A stretch of 64,000 bases of DNA, taken from NCBI GenBank assembly GCA_018655015.1, contig JABIKK010000009.1, positions 751 through 64,750 of the forward strand, written 5' to 3'. The notes under the pieces are model-generated. The model worked only from the letters and a program-made list of their open reading frames with translations, had not been told where the DNA came from and ran no database searches. Origin of the DNA: Candidatus Woesearchaeota archaeon (lineage in GTDB: Archaea > Nanobdellota > Nanobdellia > SCGC-AAA011-G17 > UBA489). A program made the translations under genes and the position numbers. This document shows positions 9,921-20,540 of this stretch, in pieces (position 1 is the stretch's first letter; every line of letters starts with the position of its first letter).

Positions 9921-11393
9921 CTAATTGTTCCTCAAATAGTCTATCAATAATCTAACGCCAAATCCAGTACCGCCTGGTTGATAGTATCCCCTTTCTTCTT
10001 CTAACCAAGAAGTTCCTGCTATGTCTATATGAGTCCAAGGGGTTTTTTCCACAAATTTTGAAAGGAATGCTGCGCCCATTATAGATCCAGCCCTTCTGCT
10101 ATAGTTAATGTTGTTGATGTCTGCTGTGTTACTCTTTACCTCGTCAATGTAATCTTGATGAAGTGGAAGTTTCCAGACTCTTTCGTAAGTTTTTTCACCT
10201 GAATTGAATAATGATGCCATTGCTTTATCATCTGTTCCAAACATACCTGCAACATAATCTCCAAGTGCTACAACTACTGCACCTGTTAGTGTTGCTAGGT
10301 CTATCATTCTTGTAGGTTTGTAGTTTTTTTCAGTATATGTTAGTGCATCTGCCAAAACTAATCTTCCTTCTGCATCAGTATTTCCAATTTCAACGGTTTT
10401 TCCAGATAATGACTTGAAAATATCTCCTGGTTTGTATGCTGCTGTTCCAATTGCATTTTCAGCTGAAGAAACAACTCCAATTATATTTCTCTTTAATTTT
10501 AATTCTGCCGCTGCCTTAATTGTACCTAGGACTACGGCTGCTCCAGACATATCTTCCCGCATTGTTTCAATGCCCTTTGTAGGTTTTAGGTTTAATCCAC
10601 CTGAATCAAATGTAATCCCTTTTCCAAGTATTGCTGTTTTGTCTTTTGATTTGGGATTTCCATTGTATTCTAAGAATATCATTCTCGGAGGATATTTACT
10701 CCCCCTTGCTACAGCTAATATTAAGCCCGCGCCTAATTTAGTTAGTTCTTTTTCTCCAAGAACCTTAATTTTTAATTTATGTTTCTTTGCTATAGCTCTT
10801 GCTTGCTTTTCTAAGTATAATGGGTTGGCTACGTCTGCATTTTCCATTTGTAAGTCCCTTACATAATTTGCAGATTCACATGTGATTTGTGAATTCTTTA
10901 TTGAAGAAGCAATATTTTTATCTTTTGAGTTTGTTAAAATTGTTAAAGTTTTTAGTTTGATTGATTCTTTGTCTTCAGTTTTGTATTTATCAAATCTATA
11001 TGAACTAAGGAATACTCCATCTGTGATTGCTCCTGCTGAAGTTGTAGAATCCATTCCATGAATATCTGAACAGATGATTGGATCTGAGATTTTTAGAATT
11101 AATGAATAGTTAGCGATAGCTCCACTTGTTTTTCTAACTTTTTCTGTAGATAGTTTCTTTTCTTTACCCAAACCGAATAAGTGGATCCTTAAATTTTTAA
11201 TGTGAATGCTTGTTTGTTGTTCGAATTTTCCTGAGAATTGTGATTTTACTATTTTTGAAGAAATTTCTTTTTCATAGTCTGTTTTTGGTGAAGCGTTTAT
11301 CTTTTTGTACTGTTCTTCTGTTATTGGGAGAAATAAGTCGCCACTCTTTACCGAAGTTGTTGAACCTTCCTTTAATATAACTTTAATAGACAT
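9921..11393 (-). CDS. pepA: Leucyl aminopeptidase (M17)
   Basis: GKGITFDSGG, DMSGAA, NTDAEGRLVLADAL, DLATLTGA, HIDIAG. Confidence 0.96.
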   Translation of the reverse strand: MSIKVILKEGSTTSVKSGDLFLPITEEQYKKINASPKTDYEKEISSKIVKSQFSGKFEQQTSIHIKNLRIHLFGLGKEKKLSTEKVRKTSGAIANYSLILKISDPIICSDIHGMDSTTSAGAITDGVFLSSYRFDKYKTEDKESIKLKTLTILTNSKDKNIASSIKNSQITCESANYVRDLQMENADVANPLYLEKQARAIAKKHKLKIKVLGEKELTKLGAGLILAVARGSKYPPRMIFLEYNGNPKSKDKTAILGKGITFDSGGLNLKPTKGIETMREDMSGAAVVLGTIKAAAELKLKRNIIGVVSSAENAIGTAAYKPGDIFKSLSGKTVEIGNTDAEGRLVLADALTYTEKNYKPTRMIDLATLTGAVVVALGDYVAGMFGTDDKAMASLFNSGEKTYERVWKLPLHQDYIDEVKSNTADINNINYSRRAGSIMGAAFLSKFVEKTPWTHIDIAGTSWLEEERGYYQPGGTGFGVRLLIDYLRNN

Positions 11394-11459
11394 ACTTTCA
11401 CCTCTTTAATTTTAACTAGAATTGTATTTATATAAGTATTGTGTTTGGGGCCATTATAT

Positions 11460-13655
11460 CTATAATTTCTTGCCTTTGAGCGTTAATGAATTTGTAATTA
11501 CACTTACTGAACTAAGGGCCATAGCCCCTCCTGCAATCATTGGGTTGAGTAGCCAACCTGTAAAAGGATAAATTACTCCTGCTGCGATAGGTATTCCCAC
11601 TATATTATAAATTAGTGCCCAGAACATGTTTTGCCTTATTTTAGACATGGTTATTTTACTAAGTTTAATTGCCTTTGGAACATCTAGAAGGCTGTCTTTC
11701 ATTAAGACTATGTCTCCCGTTTCCATTGCTACATCTGTTCCAGATCCCATTGCAACCCCTATATCTGCTTGTGCGATTGCTGGAGCATCATTAATTCCAT
11801 CTCCAATCATAGCAACAGTTTTTCCTAGAGATTGTAGGTTTTTGACATGTTTTGCTTTTTCTTCGGGTAATACATCTGCAAAGAATTTGTCGATTCCAAC
11901 AGTACTTGCAATTGCTGAGGCAGTTTTGGCATTGTCTCCAGATATCATGTAAGTTTCTATGCCTAATTGATGTATTTGTTTTATTGCTTCTGCAGAATCT
12001 TCTTTTATTTCATCTGAGACTGCAATTAATCCGAGGACCTTCTTTTCTTCGGAAAGAATCATCACAGTTTTTCCTTCTTCAGATAATGAATTAATTTTAT
12101 TAATGAAACTAGAAATATCAATATGTTTATCTTCCATTAGTTTTTGGTTTCCAAAATGATACTCCCTTAACATAATCTTTGCAACTATTCCCTTTCCAGG
12201 AATTGCTTTGAAATTTGAGACTTTTTTATGTTTGATTTTTCTAGACTTGGCTTTTTCTATAATTGCTTCTGCCAATGGATGCTCAGAATTATTTTCTATA
12301 CTTGCAGCAAAAGTTAGTAATTTATCTTTAGTTGTTATCTCTGAAGGAACTATGTCTGTTACTTCAGGTTTTCCTTTTGTTATAGTTCCAGTTTTGTCAA
12401 ACACAATGCAATCTATTTTGTGGGCTGCTTCCAATGAATCTCCGCCTTTGATCAATATCCCTTTTTTTGCGCCTTTTCCAGTACTAACCATTATTGCTGT
12501 AGGTGTTGCTAAACCTAGGGCACAGGGGCATGCAATCACTAAAACTGCAACTGTGGCTATTAAAGCGAAGCTTGTTCCCATACTTGTGAAAAAGTACCAA
12601 AAAATAAAAGTTAAAATTGCAATGATAATCACTATTGGCACGAAATAGGAAGAAATTTTATCTGCGAACCTTTGGATCGGGGCTTTTTTAGTTTGTGCTT
12701 CTTCTATTAGTTTGATTATTCTTGATAGTGTTGTTTCCTTACCAACTTTTGTTGCTTTGAATATGAAACTTCCATGCTTATTTATAGTAGAACCAATTAC
12801 TGAGTCATCAACTGTTTTTTCGATAGGTATGCTTTCCCCAGTGACCATACTTTCATCAATTGATGAATGACCGGAAGTAATTATTCCATCTACAGGAATT
12901 TTCTCCCCAGGTTTAACTAGAATTCTGTCTCCCTCTTTAACCTCTTCAATAGGAATTTTTATTTCTTTGCCATTTCTTATCACTGTGGCATTTTTTGCCC
13001 CTAGCTCCATTAGCTTAGTTATTGCTTCGCTTGTTTTTCCAGTTGCAATTGCTTCAAGGTACTTTCCTAAAATAACTAGTGTAATTAATACGGCACTTGC
13101 TTCTAAATATTGGTGTCCTTCTTTTGCAATTAGAATAACGTAAACAGAAAAGAGATATGCTGCACTTGTACCTAATGCTATAAGTGTGTCCATATTAGAG
13201 GTCTTATTTTTTAAGGCATTCCATGCCCCTTTGTAAAATTGTGATCCAATGTAAAATTGAACTGGCGTTGCCAAGATAAGCATGATGTAATCTTGATATG
13301 GAATTGGGTTCTTTGAGAAAAACATTCCAAGAATAAATACTGGAACTGATAGAACTATTCCGAGGATTAATTTTGTTTTAAGTTTTTTTAGTGATTTGTT
13401 TTCTGAATGTGTTTCCGTAGGTTGGTTTTCATCAATAACTTCTCCAGAATATCCTAGTTTTTTTATTATATTAAGAAACTTCTCTTCATTTGTTTTATCT
13501 GAGTCAAATTCAACTTTGGCTTTTTTTGTGGAGAAATTAACTGTAGCGTTAAATATTCCTTTTTCTTTACTTAGAGCACCCTCTATTTTTGCAACACAAG
13601 ATGCGCAGCTCATTCCTTCTATGTGGATTAAAACATTTTTTTCCATTTTGGACAT
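11460..13655 (-). CDS. copA: Cu(+)-translocating P1B-type ATPase
   Basis: GMSCASC HMA domain, [31 protein letters not shown] and MALSS motifs. Confidence 0.95.
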   Translation of the reverse strand: MSKMEKNVLIHIEGMSCASCVAKIEGALSKEKGIFNATVNFSTKKAKVEFDSDKTNEEKFLNIIKKLGYSGEVIDENQPTETHSENKSLKKLKTKLILGIVLSVPVFILGMFFSKNPIPYQDYIMLILATPVQFYIGSQFYKGAWNALKNKTSNMDTLIALGTSAAYLFSVYVILIAKEGHQYLEASAVLITLVILGKYLEAIATGKTSEAITKLMELGAKNATVIRNGKEIKIPIEEVKEGDRILVKPGEKIPVDGIITSGHSSIDESMVTGESIPIEKTVDDSVIGSTINKHGSFIFKATKVGKETTLSRIIKLIEEAQTKKAPIQRFADKISSYFVPIVIIIAILTFIFWYFFTSMGTSFALIATVAVLVIACPCALGLATPTAIMVSTGKGAKKGILIKGGDSLEAAHKIDCIVFDKTGTITKGKPEVTDIVPSEITTKDKLLTFAASIENNSEHPLAEAIIEKAKSRKIKHKKVSNFKAIPGKGIVAKIMLREYHFGNQKLMEDKHIDISSFINKINSLSEEGKTVMILSEEKKVLGLIAVSDEIKEDSAEAIKQIHQLGIETYMISGDNAKTASAIASTVGIDKFFADVLPEEKAKHVKNLQSLGKTVAMIGDGINDAPAIAQADIGVAMGSGTDVAMETGDIVLMKDSLLDVPKAIKLSKITMSKIRQNMFWALIYNIVGIPIAAGVIYPFTGWLLNPMIAGGAMALSSVSVITNSLTLKGKKL

Positions 13656-13683
13656 TGATTATTCGGGAACGTGTCTAAAACAC

Positions 13684-13839
13684 TTAATGACAACAGGAAG
13701 GTTTGTTTGGTTTATCCTTCTCAAATTTATCCTTGCAATTATCTGAACAAAACCAGTTTCCTCCAAAATAAATACCTTTGCCTTTTTCTTCTTTCATACC
13801 ACAAACGGGATCTTTTTTCTTAAAAATTCCAAATACCAT
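13684..13839 (-). CDS. Small YHS/TRASH-domain metal-binding protein (51 aa, not in ORF track)
   Basis: Own translation: MVFGIFKKKDPVCGMKEEKGKGIYFGGNWFCSDNCKDKFEKDKPNKPSCCH; DPVCGM...FCS..C motif. Confidence 0.85.
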   Translation of the reverse strand: MVFGIFKKKDPVCGMKEEKGKGIYFGGNWFCSDNCKDKFEKDKPNKPSCCH

Positions 13840-13844
13840 TTTGT

Positions 13845-14225
13845 TTAAATTGAGTCTACTACCTCTTTTAGTTCATTTTCTACTATTTTTGCAATTTCTC
13901 CTAGTTCTGGATTTTCGATCATACTCATTGCTATTGAAGGAAGTATTGCTGAAACAAACACATTGTTTTCTTGTTCGTAGATAATAACATTACAAGGCAA
14001 CATTAAACCAATATCTCTTTCTACCGATAAGGCTTTATGTGCTAATTTAGGCTTACATGCACCAAGAATTATGTACTTATCAAAATCAACATCTAACTTT
14101 TTCTTTAATGTTGCTTTTACATCAATCTCTGTTAAAACTCCAAAACCATGCTCTTTTAATGATTCTTTGGTTTTTTCAATTGTGTCTTCATAAGATAATT
14201 CTACTTGTTTCTTGTATCCATACAT
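13845..14225 (-). CDS. DUF302-family protein
   Basis: GFGVLTEIDVKATLKKKL, ILGAC.P, IGLMLPCNV. Confidence 0.9.
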   Translation of the reverse strand: MYGYKKQVELSYEDTIEKTKESLKEHGFGVLTEIDVKATLKKKLDVDFDKYIILGACKPKLAHKALSVERDIGLMLPCNVIIYEQENNVFVSAILPSIAMSMIENPELGEIAKIVENELKEVVDSI

Positions 14226-14239
14226 TTTATTCTCCTTTT

Positions 14240-14503
14240 TTATTTTAGTCTATTGTAAAATACAGCAAATAAATACACAATCACATAACTAATTATCGCT
14301 GCTTCAATCATTCCACCAATTATTCCAATAACACTTAGTGTGAAAAACATGTGCCATTGTTGCATCATACTTACTGCCCCAGTATACATGCCTAAGTTTC
14401 CAAAGATACCTAAGACAAGCATGGAAATAGCTCCAACTAATGCAGCAGAGTACCCCATTGCCATTTCATTAAATTTATTTTTCATTTTACTCCCCCTTAC
14501 CAA
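14240..14503 (-). CDS. Small Met-rich membrane protein
   Basis: Two hydrophobic helices with an MMQQWHMFF loop; true start may be the later MKNKF. Confidence 0.7.
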   Translation of the reverse strand: MVRGSKMKNKFNEMAMGYSAALVGAISMLVLGIFGNLGMYTGAVSMMQQWHMFFTLSVIGIIGGMIEAAIISYVIVYLFAVFYNRLK

Positions 14504-14940
14504 CTGAATATCCTTTCATTAACTAAAGGTATTTCTTTAATTATTATTGTAAACTCTTCCTGGTTGAAATCTCCTTCAAAGATTAATTCTCCAGCTGCGT
14601 GATGTCCACTCAATTGTGGTGCAGAAACTGGGTTAAATTCTTTTCCATTTGAAGCTAATGTGATAATTTCTTTAAGATTAAACGGGCTTAAATCTACAGA
14701 ATGAGTATTTGCTGAGACTTCCATCTTAATGAGACTTTTTGATACTTCTAGTGGTTTTAACTCAATAGCAACATCGCCATCTTCAGTAGTTCCCGTTAAG
14801 ATTGGTGGGAAGCCACTAATCTGGTTGTGTTCTTCTTCTAACTGTCTTGTTGGAAGATATGACTTAAATGTGAAAAATAAAAAAAACACTAAAATTGCAC
14901 CCACCGAATAAATTAAAATATTATTTTTTCCTTTTGTCAT
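14497..14940 (-). CDS. Membrane-anchored putative metal-binding protein
   Basis: N-terminal TM segment, NTHSVDL and SGHH motifs. Confidence 0.65.
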   Translation of the reverse strand: MTKGKNNILIYSVGAILVFFLFFTFKSYLPTRQLEEEHNQISGFPPILTGTTEDGDVAIELKPLEVSKSLIKMEVSANTHSVDLSPFNLKEIITLASNGKEFNPVSAPQLSGHHAAGELIFEGDFNQEEFTIIIKEIPLVNERIFSW

Positions 14941-15352
14941 TTTTTAATCTCCTTTTTTCTATTTTTTCCTTAATGAACAAAGATATTCCTATAAATGCAG
15001 TTATTCCACCAATTGTCCAAAAATATATTGAAAATTCTTGTACGGCTTGGAAAGGTGTACCTGCTATAATTAATCCAGTGTTTAGGATTAACAAATTTCT
15101 AGAAATGCATTTCTTCTTTTGGTAGATATACAATGTTATTAAAAGTATTATGACAGCGGCACTCCAAAGAGGTACAGCAATTTTAGTTAGAAATGCAAGC
15201 GGCATACCAATCACGGTTATTCCCATTAAACTTAACAAAGCTATTAGCCCTAAACAAACATTATGACATACTTGCCAAGATCCCAAAATACTTGCAGTTC
15301 CAGAAATGCTCCCGCTGGCACCAATTAACTTTTCTTTAATGTTCCTAATCAT
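14921..15352 (-). CDS. Membrane protein with CxxxC motif
   Basis: VCHNVC followed by four hydrophobic segments. Confidence 0.7.
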   Translation of the reverse strand: MIRNIKEKLIGASGSISGTASILGSWQVCHNVCLGLIALLSLMGITVIGMPLAFLTKIAVPLWSAAVIILLITLYIYQKKKCISRNLLILNTGLIIAGTPFQAVQEFSIYFWTIGGITAFIGISLFIKEKIEKRRLKNDKRKK

Positions 15353-15714
15353 TGTTCAAACTCTGCAACGTATGCATTTCTTCCCCCTTCTAAGTTGAAT
15401 ACATTTTTGTAACCCAAATCTATTAACTTCTGTGAAGATTCAGCACTCATACTTCCACTACGACAGTAAACTGCAATTTTTGTGTTTTTGTCTTTAGGAA
15501 GACTTGTTGCATAATTTTCAATTTCGTTATAAGGAATAATTGCATCGGTCCCTTCTATGTGCTCTTGCTCTGGAATGTGAACATCAATAACAAAAACTTC
15601 TTCATCAGATAAAAGTTCATTGAACTCTCTAGAATTAATATTTTGATAGGTGTTTGTTGTGCAGCCTACCATGAATATAAGCAGCATACTTAAAATTAAA
15701 ATTATTTTCTTCAT
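15349..15714 (-). CDS. Rhodanese-domain lipoprotein
   Basis: Lipobox MVGC; VIDVH..HIEG, VYCRSGSMS, NLEGG. Confidence 0.9.
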   Translation of the reverse strand: MKKIILILSMLLIFMVGCTTNTYQNINSREFNELLSDEEVFVIDVHIPEQEHIEGTDAIIPYNEIENYATSLPKDKNTKIAVYCRSGSMSAESSQKLIDLGYKNVFNLEGGRNAYVAEFEQ

Positions 15715-16151
15715 ATTTGGTCCCCCACAGATATACCGTATTTTTCACTTATTATTTCTTTTATTGTGCCTGTATGTTCTTCACCAAGCTTTTCCGCAAT
15801 TGCTTTTGCAAAATATTTAGAGAGGAATTTATTTCCGTGCCCCTCGAGTATCTGGCCCATACATTCTCCACAAGGATGAACTCCATTCATAATGTCACTG
15901 AGACAGTCGCATTCTGCTTCTTCCCCATGCCCAGGAGTTTTTTCAATACAAAGAGTGCATGGCTTCTCTAAACAACATTTGTATCTATGTTGGGATCTCA
16001 TTCCATCTTGGATTGACTCTCTTAAAGAGATAAAGCTCTCTGTTTGTTCACTCATGCTCATTTCAGACATATCATGCATTTGAGGGTATGTTAAAAATAT
16101 ACCTGCAATGATAATCAGACTAATCATTGAATATGCTATTTTTTCTTTCAT
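15711..16151 (-). CDS. Cys-rich membrane-anchored protein
   Basis: CCLEKPCTLC...CDC...HPCGEC; Met/His-rich linker. Confidence 0.75.
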   Translation of the reverse strand: MKEKIAYSMISLIIIAGIFLTYPQMHDMSEMSMSEQTESFISLRESIQDGMRSQHRYKCCLEKPCTLCIEKTPGHGEEAECDCLSDIMNGVHPCGECMGQILEGHGNKFLSKYFAKAIAEKLGEEHTGTIKEIISEKYGISVGDQI

Positions 16152-16152
16152 T

Positions 16153-16593
16153 TTACCACCTCTTACAACACTCTATAATTTTTTTAGCTAATGTTTTTGC
16201 TTTTGGACTTTTTCTATAGACAAAAATGAACATAAACAAAATCCAAATTGCGATTGTTAACTTAATTGCTGATATTACTTCGGATGAATAACTCAATATG
16301 GAATAGATAATTATTGTTAATGTCAAAAGGAAAGGAAGTCTAAAAATATGAAATCTTTTTCTCAGTTTAATCTCTAACAAATAATAGATGCCAATACTTG
16401 TTTGCCCCATAAAGATTCCAAGTAAAACTTTATCCTCAAATGAATTATTGAAAAGCATACATAGAAGATAAGCCCATGTTAGAACAAAGCTTAAACAAAT
16501 TACGCAAAAATTCTTCTTTGTGAGAGATTTTACTATTAATAAAATAAAAAATAAAGAGATTATTATAGTGAATACTGTTGATATACTTATCAT
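16153..16593 (-). CDS. Membrane protein with CxxC
   Basis: FCVICL, several TM helices, C-terminal ECCKRW. Confidence 0.7.
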   Translation of the reverse strand: MISISTVFTIIISLFFILLIVKSLTKKNFCVICLSFVLTWAYLLCMLFNNSFEDKVLLGIFMGQTSIGIYYLLEIKLRKRFHIFRLPFLLTLTIIIYSILSYSSEVISAIKLTIAIWILFMFIFVYRKSPKAKTLAKKIIECCKRW

Positions 16594-17114
16594 AATATTA
16601 CCTCAGACAATAATGCTACAACTACTAAAATTGAGAATGTTAATATTATCCCTTGAAATGGTATGAACTTTCCAGACCTAAGTTTTGTTAATTTCTTACT
16701 GAGATAAGGAGTTGCTGATAAAATTAGTGCACCAAAAATACTTCCAATAAGAAAGAGGTTGATCAAATAAGTCTTATTTAGTAATGAACCGTAATCTCCA
16801 AACCATGAAATGTATATTGATGAATAGCTTTGAATTAAAGGGAGAACTGGAATTGTTATTGAAAGGAATATAATTAATGCTATAATTGCACTTTGAAATG
16901 GAATATATTTCTTTTTTATTAGTTTTGAAGTCCACAATCCTAATGCAAGTCCTGCCGCCCCAATAAATAATCCAATTATGAATCCGCTAACTCCTAGATA
17001 TGCTGCCCCTGCGGCCGCTGCTCCCGCCCCAATAGTACATAGGGGACAATGAGCGGAGACTGCTTTGGGCAAAGCTAAAAATGCCAATAGCAATCCAGGA
17101 GATAGTTTTTTCAT
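16590..17114 (-). CDS. Membrane protein with HCPLC motif
   Basis: Signal-like N-terminus, AHCPLCT, several TM helices. Confidence 0.75.
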   Translation of the reverse strand: MKKLSPGLLLAFLALPKAVSAHCPLCTIGAGAAAAGAAYLGVSGFIIGLFIGAAGLALGLWTSKLIKKKYIPFQSAIIALIIFLSITIPVLPLIQSYSSIYISWFGDYGSLLNKTYLINLFLIGSIFGALILSATPYLSKKLTKLRSGKFIPFQGIILTFSILVVVALLSEVIL

Positions 17115-17119
17115 CTTAA

Positions 17120-17590
17120 TTAAATTGTCATATATGGTGACATTTCTCCATCTGTTACTGCATAAATTTCAAAAGGAGCTAGTTTTGCCCCGGGCATTCC
17201 CGGTGATCCAGAAGGCATTCCTGGCATTGCAATTCCATCTATGTCTGGCCTTTCTGTAAGTAATTTGATAACTGCTTCATAAGGAATGTGTCCTTCAATA
17301 AAGTAATCTCCTATTACTGCAGTATGGCAACTTTGCATACTTAATGGAACGTTATACTTGCTCTTAATTGTATTCATGTTTTCTGCATTGATGACTTCAA
17401 CATCAAATCCTTCCCTGGTTAATCCTGCAACGTAGTTTCCACAACAGCCACAATTTTTGTCTTTGTAGACCGTTATTTTTTCTCCATTGGTGATCGTATT
17501 GTCAACTTTGGGTGCCGAACTACATCCAGCTATGATTACCATCAAAGAAAGAAGAAGAGAGATGATGATTACTTTTTTCATCATCAACAT
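17120..17590 (-). CDS. DUF411 (CopG-like copper resistance) lipoprotein
   Basis: CGCC, SCHTA, IEGHIP, GIAMPGMPSGSPGM; lipobox IAGC. Confidence 0.9.
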   Translation of the reverse strand: MLMMKKVIIISLLLSLMVIIAGCSSAPKVDNTITNGEKITVYKDKNCGCCGNYVAGLTREGFDVEVINAENMNTIKSKYNVPLSMQSCHTAVIGDYFIEGHIPYEAVIKLLTERPDIDGIAMPGMPSGSPGMPGAKLAPFEIYAVTDGEMSPYMTI

Positions 17591-17823
17591 CCCCCTACCA
17601 TTGTAGGTGCGGACTGAGGTGCTTTTGTAGCCCCTTGTGCGCCAGTGTTTGTTCTACTTGAAGCTGAGCTTACTCCGCCAAGAGCATTATTCAGTTCAAT
17701 TTCATCTTTTATATCATCAATTTGAAATGCCTGAAGTGTTGAAAACACTATCAAGACAATTGCCAAACCAATAAGTATATTGTTTGTATTTTCTACTTGT
17801 TTCTTTTTTGCCATTCTTAACAA
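17584..17823 (-). CDS. Small membrane-anchored protein ending in MVGGC
   Basis: TM helix, low-complexity linker, C-terminal PTMVGGC. Confidence 0.75.
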   Translation of the reverse strand: MLRMAKKKQVENTNNILIGLAIVLIVFSTLQAFQIDDIKDEIELNNALGGVSSASSRTNTGAQGATKAPQSAPTMVGGC

Positions 17824-18536
17824 CCTCCTACCATTGAACCACCAGAAGTTTGACCTTTCTCAATGCCTCTGTTTTCATTTGTGGTTAATGCAATTATGTT
17901 CACATCGATTCCCTTTGCTTCCATTGCTGCCGCCTTGGACTCATGGATTCCTGGGAAGAATAGGACTTTTAACTTTCCAACATCTGTTAGAATGTCTTCG
18001 TCACTCATGTCTGGGTGATTGATTAACAAATACTTTGTTATACCTCTCATTGCAAAACTGTGTGCGCATCCGCATGCAGGACTACCGTTTTCAAATATAA
18101 TTGATTTGGCTCCACAACAGAACTCACAAGACATTCCACCATTACTTTTGAAAAGTATTTGAACATATCTTTCAACTAAGTCACTTGGAAGTGTGATTGT
18201 TCTATCTAAGTTTCCTAGCATTGAAATAGCTGCATTTGCACTTGCAGGATCATAAGGATCTATGTCATCATAACTAAAATCTAGTTCCTTACCCCAAACT
18301 TTTGGGACCCCTGTAGGGATTATATCGCTTTTAGCTTGTTTTGCTATTGTGCTAGAACCAGAACTACTTGTTCCCATGCTCATTGAACCCATATCTTTCA
18401 TAGCACTTATTTGAAATGCATTAAAAGACATAAGAAGCATTGCAACAACCAATAATACTCTAGCTGCATTATTCTTATTTATTTTTATTTCTTTAATTCT
18501 GGGTTTTGTCCCAGATTTACTAACTTTAGTTTTCAT
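17817..18536 (-). CDS. Membrane-anchored Cys-rich protein ending in MVGGC
   Basis: CEFCCG, ACGCAHS, C-terminal SMVGGC. Confidence 0.8.
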   Translation of the reverse strand: MKTKVSKSGTKPRIKEIKINKNNAARVLLVVAMLLMSFNAFQISAMKDMGSMSMGTSSSGSSTIAKQAKSDIIPTGVPKVWGKELDFSYDDIDPYDPASANAAISMLGNLDRTITLPSDLVERYVQILFKSNGGMSCEFCCGAKSIIFENGSPACGCAHSFAMRGITKYLLINHPDMSDEDILTDVGKLKVLFFPGIHESKAAAMEAKGIDVNIIALTTNENRGIEKGQTSGGSMVGGC

Positions 18537-18602
18537 ATTAACACCACCTTGGTGAAATTAGTGTAGATGAAACTGCTTAACTATATAACTGTGAAACTAG
18601 TT

Positions 18603-19076
18603 TCACTTAAGAACTACTAGATTGGCCATTCCTCTTCGTTTTCTTTCAATGACTTTTTTGTTTTCTAATTTGTCTAATATTCTTGTTAATTGAACTTTCG
18701 AAATATCTAATTCTTTGATTAGGTCACTTTGGTACATTGAACCTTCATTTTCTTTAATTAGGCCTATCAGTTTTTGTTCATCTTCATTAAGATTTGAAAG
18801 GTCCACCTTTTTTTTGCTCTTTTTTTGAACTGTTGTCAGGTATATTCCGGATGCGAATATTAAGAAAGATATACCAAATGCGATCATAATCAACCAAGAG
18901 GGGCTATTGTTTTTATGTGCTGGACACTCTTCCATATCTAATGTTGGATCAGATTCTACAATTTCACATAAGAATGCTCCTTGCTCATCAAGATTTACTT
19001 TAAGTGATGAAACAATGATAATAAGAAATATTGCGAAAACAATTAGAATGATTCCTAAGCTTTTTTGATCGTTCAT
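18603..19076 (-). CDS. Membrane-anchored winged-HTH (MarR-like) regulator
   Basis: Two TM helices flanking C...CPAH; LNEDEQKLI...YQSDL...SKVQLTRILDKLENKKVIERKRRGMAN. Confidence 0.8.
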   Translation of the reverse strand: MNDQKSLGIILIVFAIFLIIIVSSLKVNLDEQGAFLCEIVESDPTLDMEECPAHKNNSPSWLIMIAFGISFLIFASGIYLTTVQKKSKKKVDLSNLNEDEQKLIGLIKENEGSMYQSDLIKELDISKVQLTRILDKLENKKVIERKRRGMANLVVLK

Positions 19077-19642
19077 CTTTTTTTACTAAGATTTACATTA
19101 TTTAAGTTTGCCTGACAGGAAGAACATTCTTTTATGCTTGATCCAAGTGTAATTATCGCATAGGACAAAAGAATAATGCTTAGAATTCCTAACTCTATAC
19201 CTTGGAAAGGTAGAAACGCTACAACGCTTCCCAACCCGAGAACTGATAGTAAACCAATGCCACAAGGCACACATACTGGTGCAGCAACACCAATAACTGC
19301 CCCAACTGTTCCAGATTTACTTATATTGCCTTTGACTACTCCATTGGACTTAATCTTGAAAATTATCAATGAAATTGTTACCCCCAAAAGGATGCTTATT
19401 AAGATTAAGATTGCGGTTGCATGTAAAAGGCCCCCAGTAATACCTTCTTTGTATAAACCTAAAATTAAACTAAAGTATTCAGGGGGACTTGTTTTTGTTA
19501 ATAATGTTAACATTAATTTGAAGTTCTTTGATAGAATACTTAATGAAAAGAATATGAATGCTATACTTATAGTTATTAAGAAATACTTTTTTCTGGAAAG
19601 TATACTCTTTACTGAAGTCCAAGCTTGATTAATTTTTTTCAT
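19073..19642 (-). CDS. Membrane protein with CxxC motifs
   Basis: PVCVPCGIGLL and C-terminal CSSC; four TM segments. Confidence 0.7.
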   Translation of the reverse strand: MKKINQAWTSVKSILSRKKYFLITISIAFIFFSLSILSKNFKLMLTLLTKTSPPEYFSLILGLYKEGITGGLLHATAILILISILLGVTISLIIFKIKSNGVVKGNISKSGTVGAVIGVAAPVCVPCGIGLLSVLGLGSVVAFLPFQGIELGILSIILLSYAIITLGSSIKECSSCQANLNNVNLSKKR

Positions 19643-19653
19643 AAAAAAGAGAA

Positions 19654-19670
19654 AGGGGGATTTCTCCCCT
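19654..19670 (-). terminator. Probable hairpin terminator after dsbA
   Basis: AGGGGGA-TTT-CTCCCCT inverted repeat followed on the minus strand by a T-rich run; boundaries approximate. Confidence 0.45.
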
Positions 19671-20398
19671 TAATTTAAAGCTGCATCGATGGTTGTTTTG
19701 AACACACTAAATGGTTGCGCTCCAACAACTTTAACACCATTCACAAAGAACGAGGGTGTTCCACTTGCACCTAACTTAGCTGCTTCTGCTGCATGTGATT
19801 GAACCTTGCTAGCCATATCTCCGTTGTCGAGACATGAATCAAATTCACCTTGGTCAAGTCCAATATTTCCAGCCAAGACTTTTAAGTTTGGTACTGCAAT
19901 TCCTGCTTGGATTGCCATGTTGTCAAAGATTGCATCATGCATATCCCAGAATCCGTCATTGCCGCCAACTTCTCCTGCACACTCTGCAGCCTCTGCAGCT
20001 TTTTGTGCATTCTGATGGAACGGTAATGGCAAGTGCTTGTATGCTAACTTAGCTTTACCTGTATCAATGTACTCTTTTTGGATTTGCCCTAATGTTTGTG
20101 TGTAGAATCTACCACAGAAAGGACATTCAAAATCAGAATATTCTATGATTGTAACTTTTGCATTCTTATCACCTTTAACATAAGCATCGCCAACATCTAC
20201 ATCTGCTACTGGAGATGGTGCTGAAGGAGCTGCCTGTGGTGCTGAAGGAGCTACTGCTTGAGAATCATCTGAAACAGAACCACCGTTACCACCAAAATAT
20301 GTTAAAACAAAAAGAATACCGAAAACTAGTGTACCTAATTTCCATAAGGTTAATTCGTTAAATTCGATCTTAACGTTCTTACCTCTGTTTTTTTTCAT
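19670..20398 (-). CDS. DsbA-family thiol:disulfide oxidoreductase
   Basis: EYSDFECPFC, PLPFH, GTPSFFVNG, GAQP. Confidence 0.92.
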   Translation of the reverse strand: MKKNRGKNVKIEFNELTLWKLGTLVFGILFVLTYFGGNGGSVSDDSQAVAPSAPQAAPSAPSPVADVDVGDAYVKGDKNAKVTIIEYSDFECPFCGRFYTQTLGQIQKEYIDTGKAKLAYKHLPLPFHQNAQKAAEAAECAGEVGGNDGFWDMHDAIFDNMAIQAGIAVPNLKVLAGNIGLDQGEFDSCLDNGDMASKVQSHAAEAAKLGASGTPSFFVNGVKVVGAQPFSVFKTTIDAALN

Positions 20399-20540
20399 GT
20401 TTATTTCTCCTATCTCTCTTGAGATTAATGTAAAATTTGTTAGTTTTTGTTTATTAATACTTATGTGTTAGAACTGTTGCCGTATATGTGGTTGTTTTTG
20501 TTAAAAAAGGATGATTTAAGTTTCTTTCCGTTCTTAGAGA

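Noticed and set aside
3502-13746. Numerous antisense ORFs (e.g. 3502-3813, 4464-4850, 7957-8400, 10414-10866, 12208-12648, 13396-13746)
   Set aside because: Shadow frames opposite well-supported genes, with no motifs or RBS.
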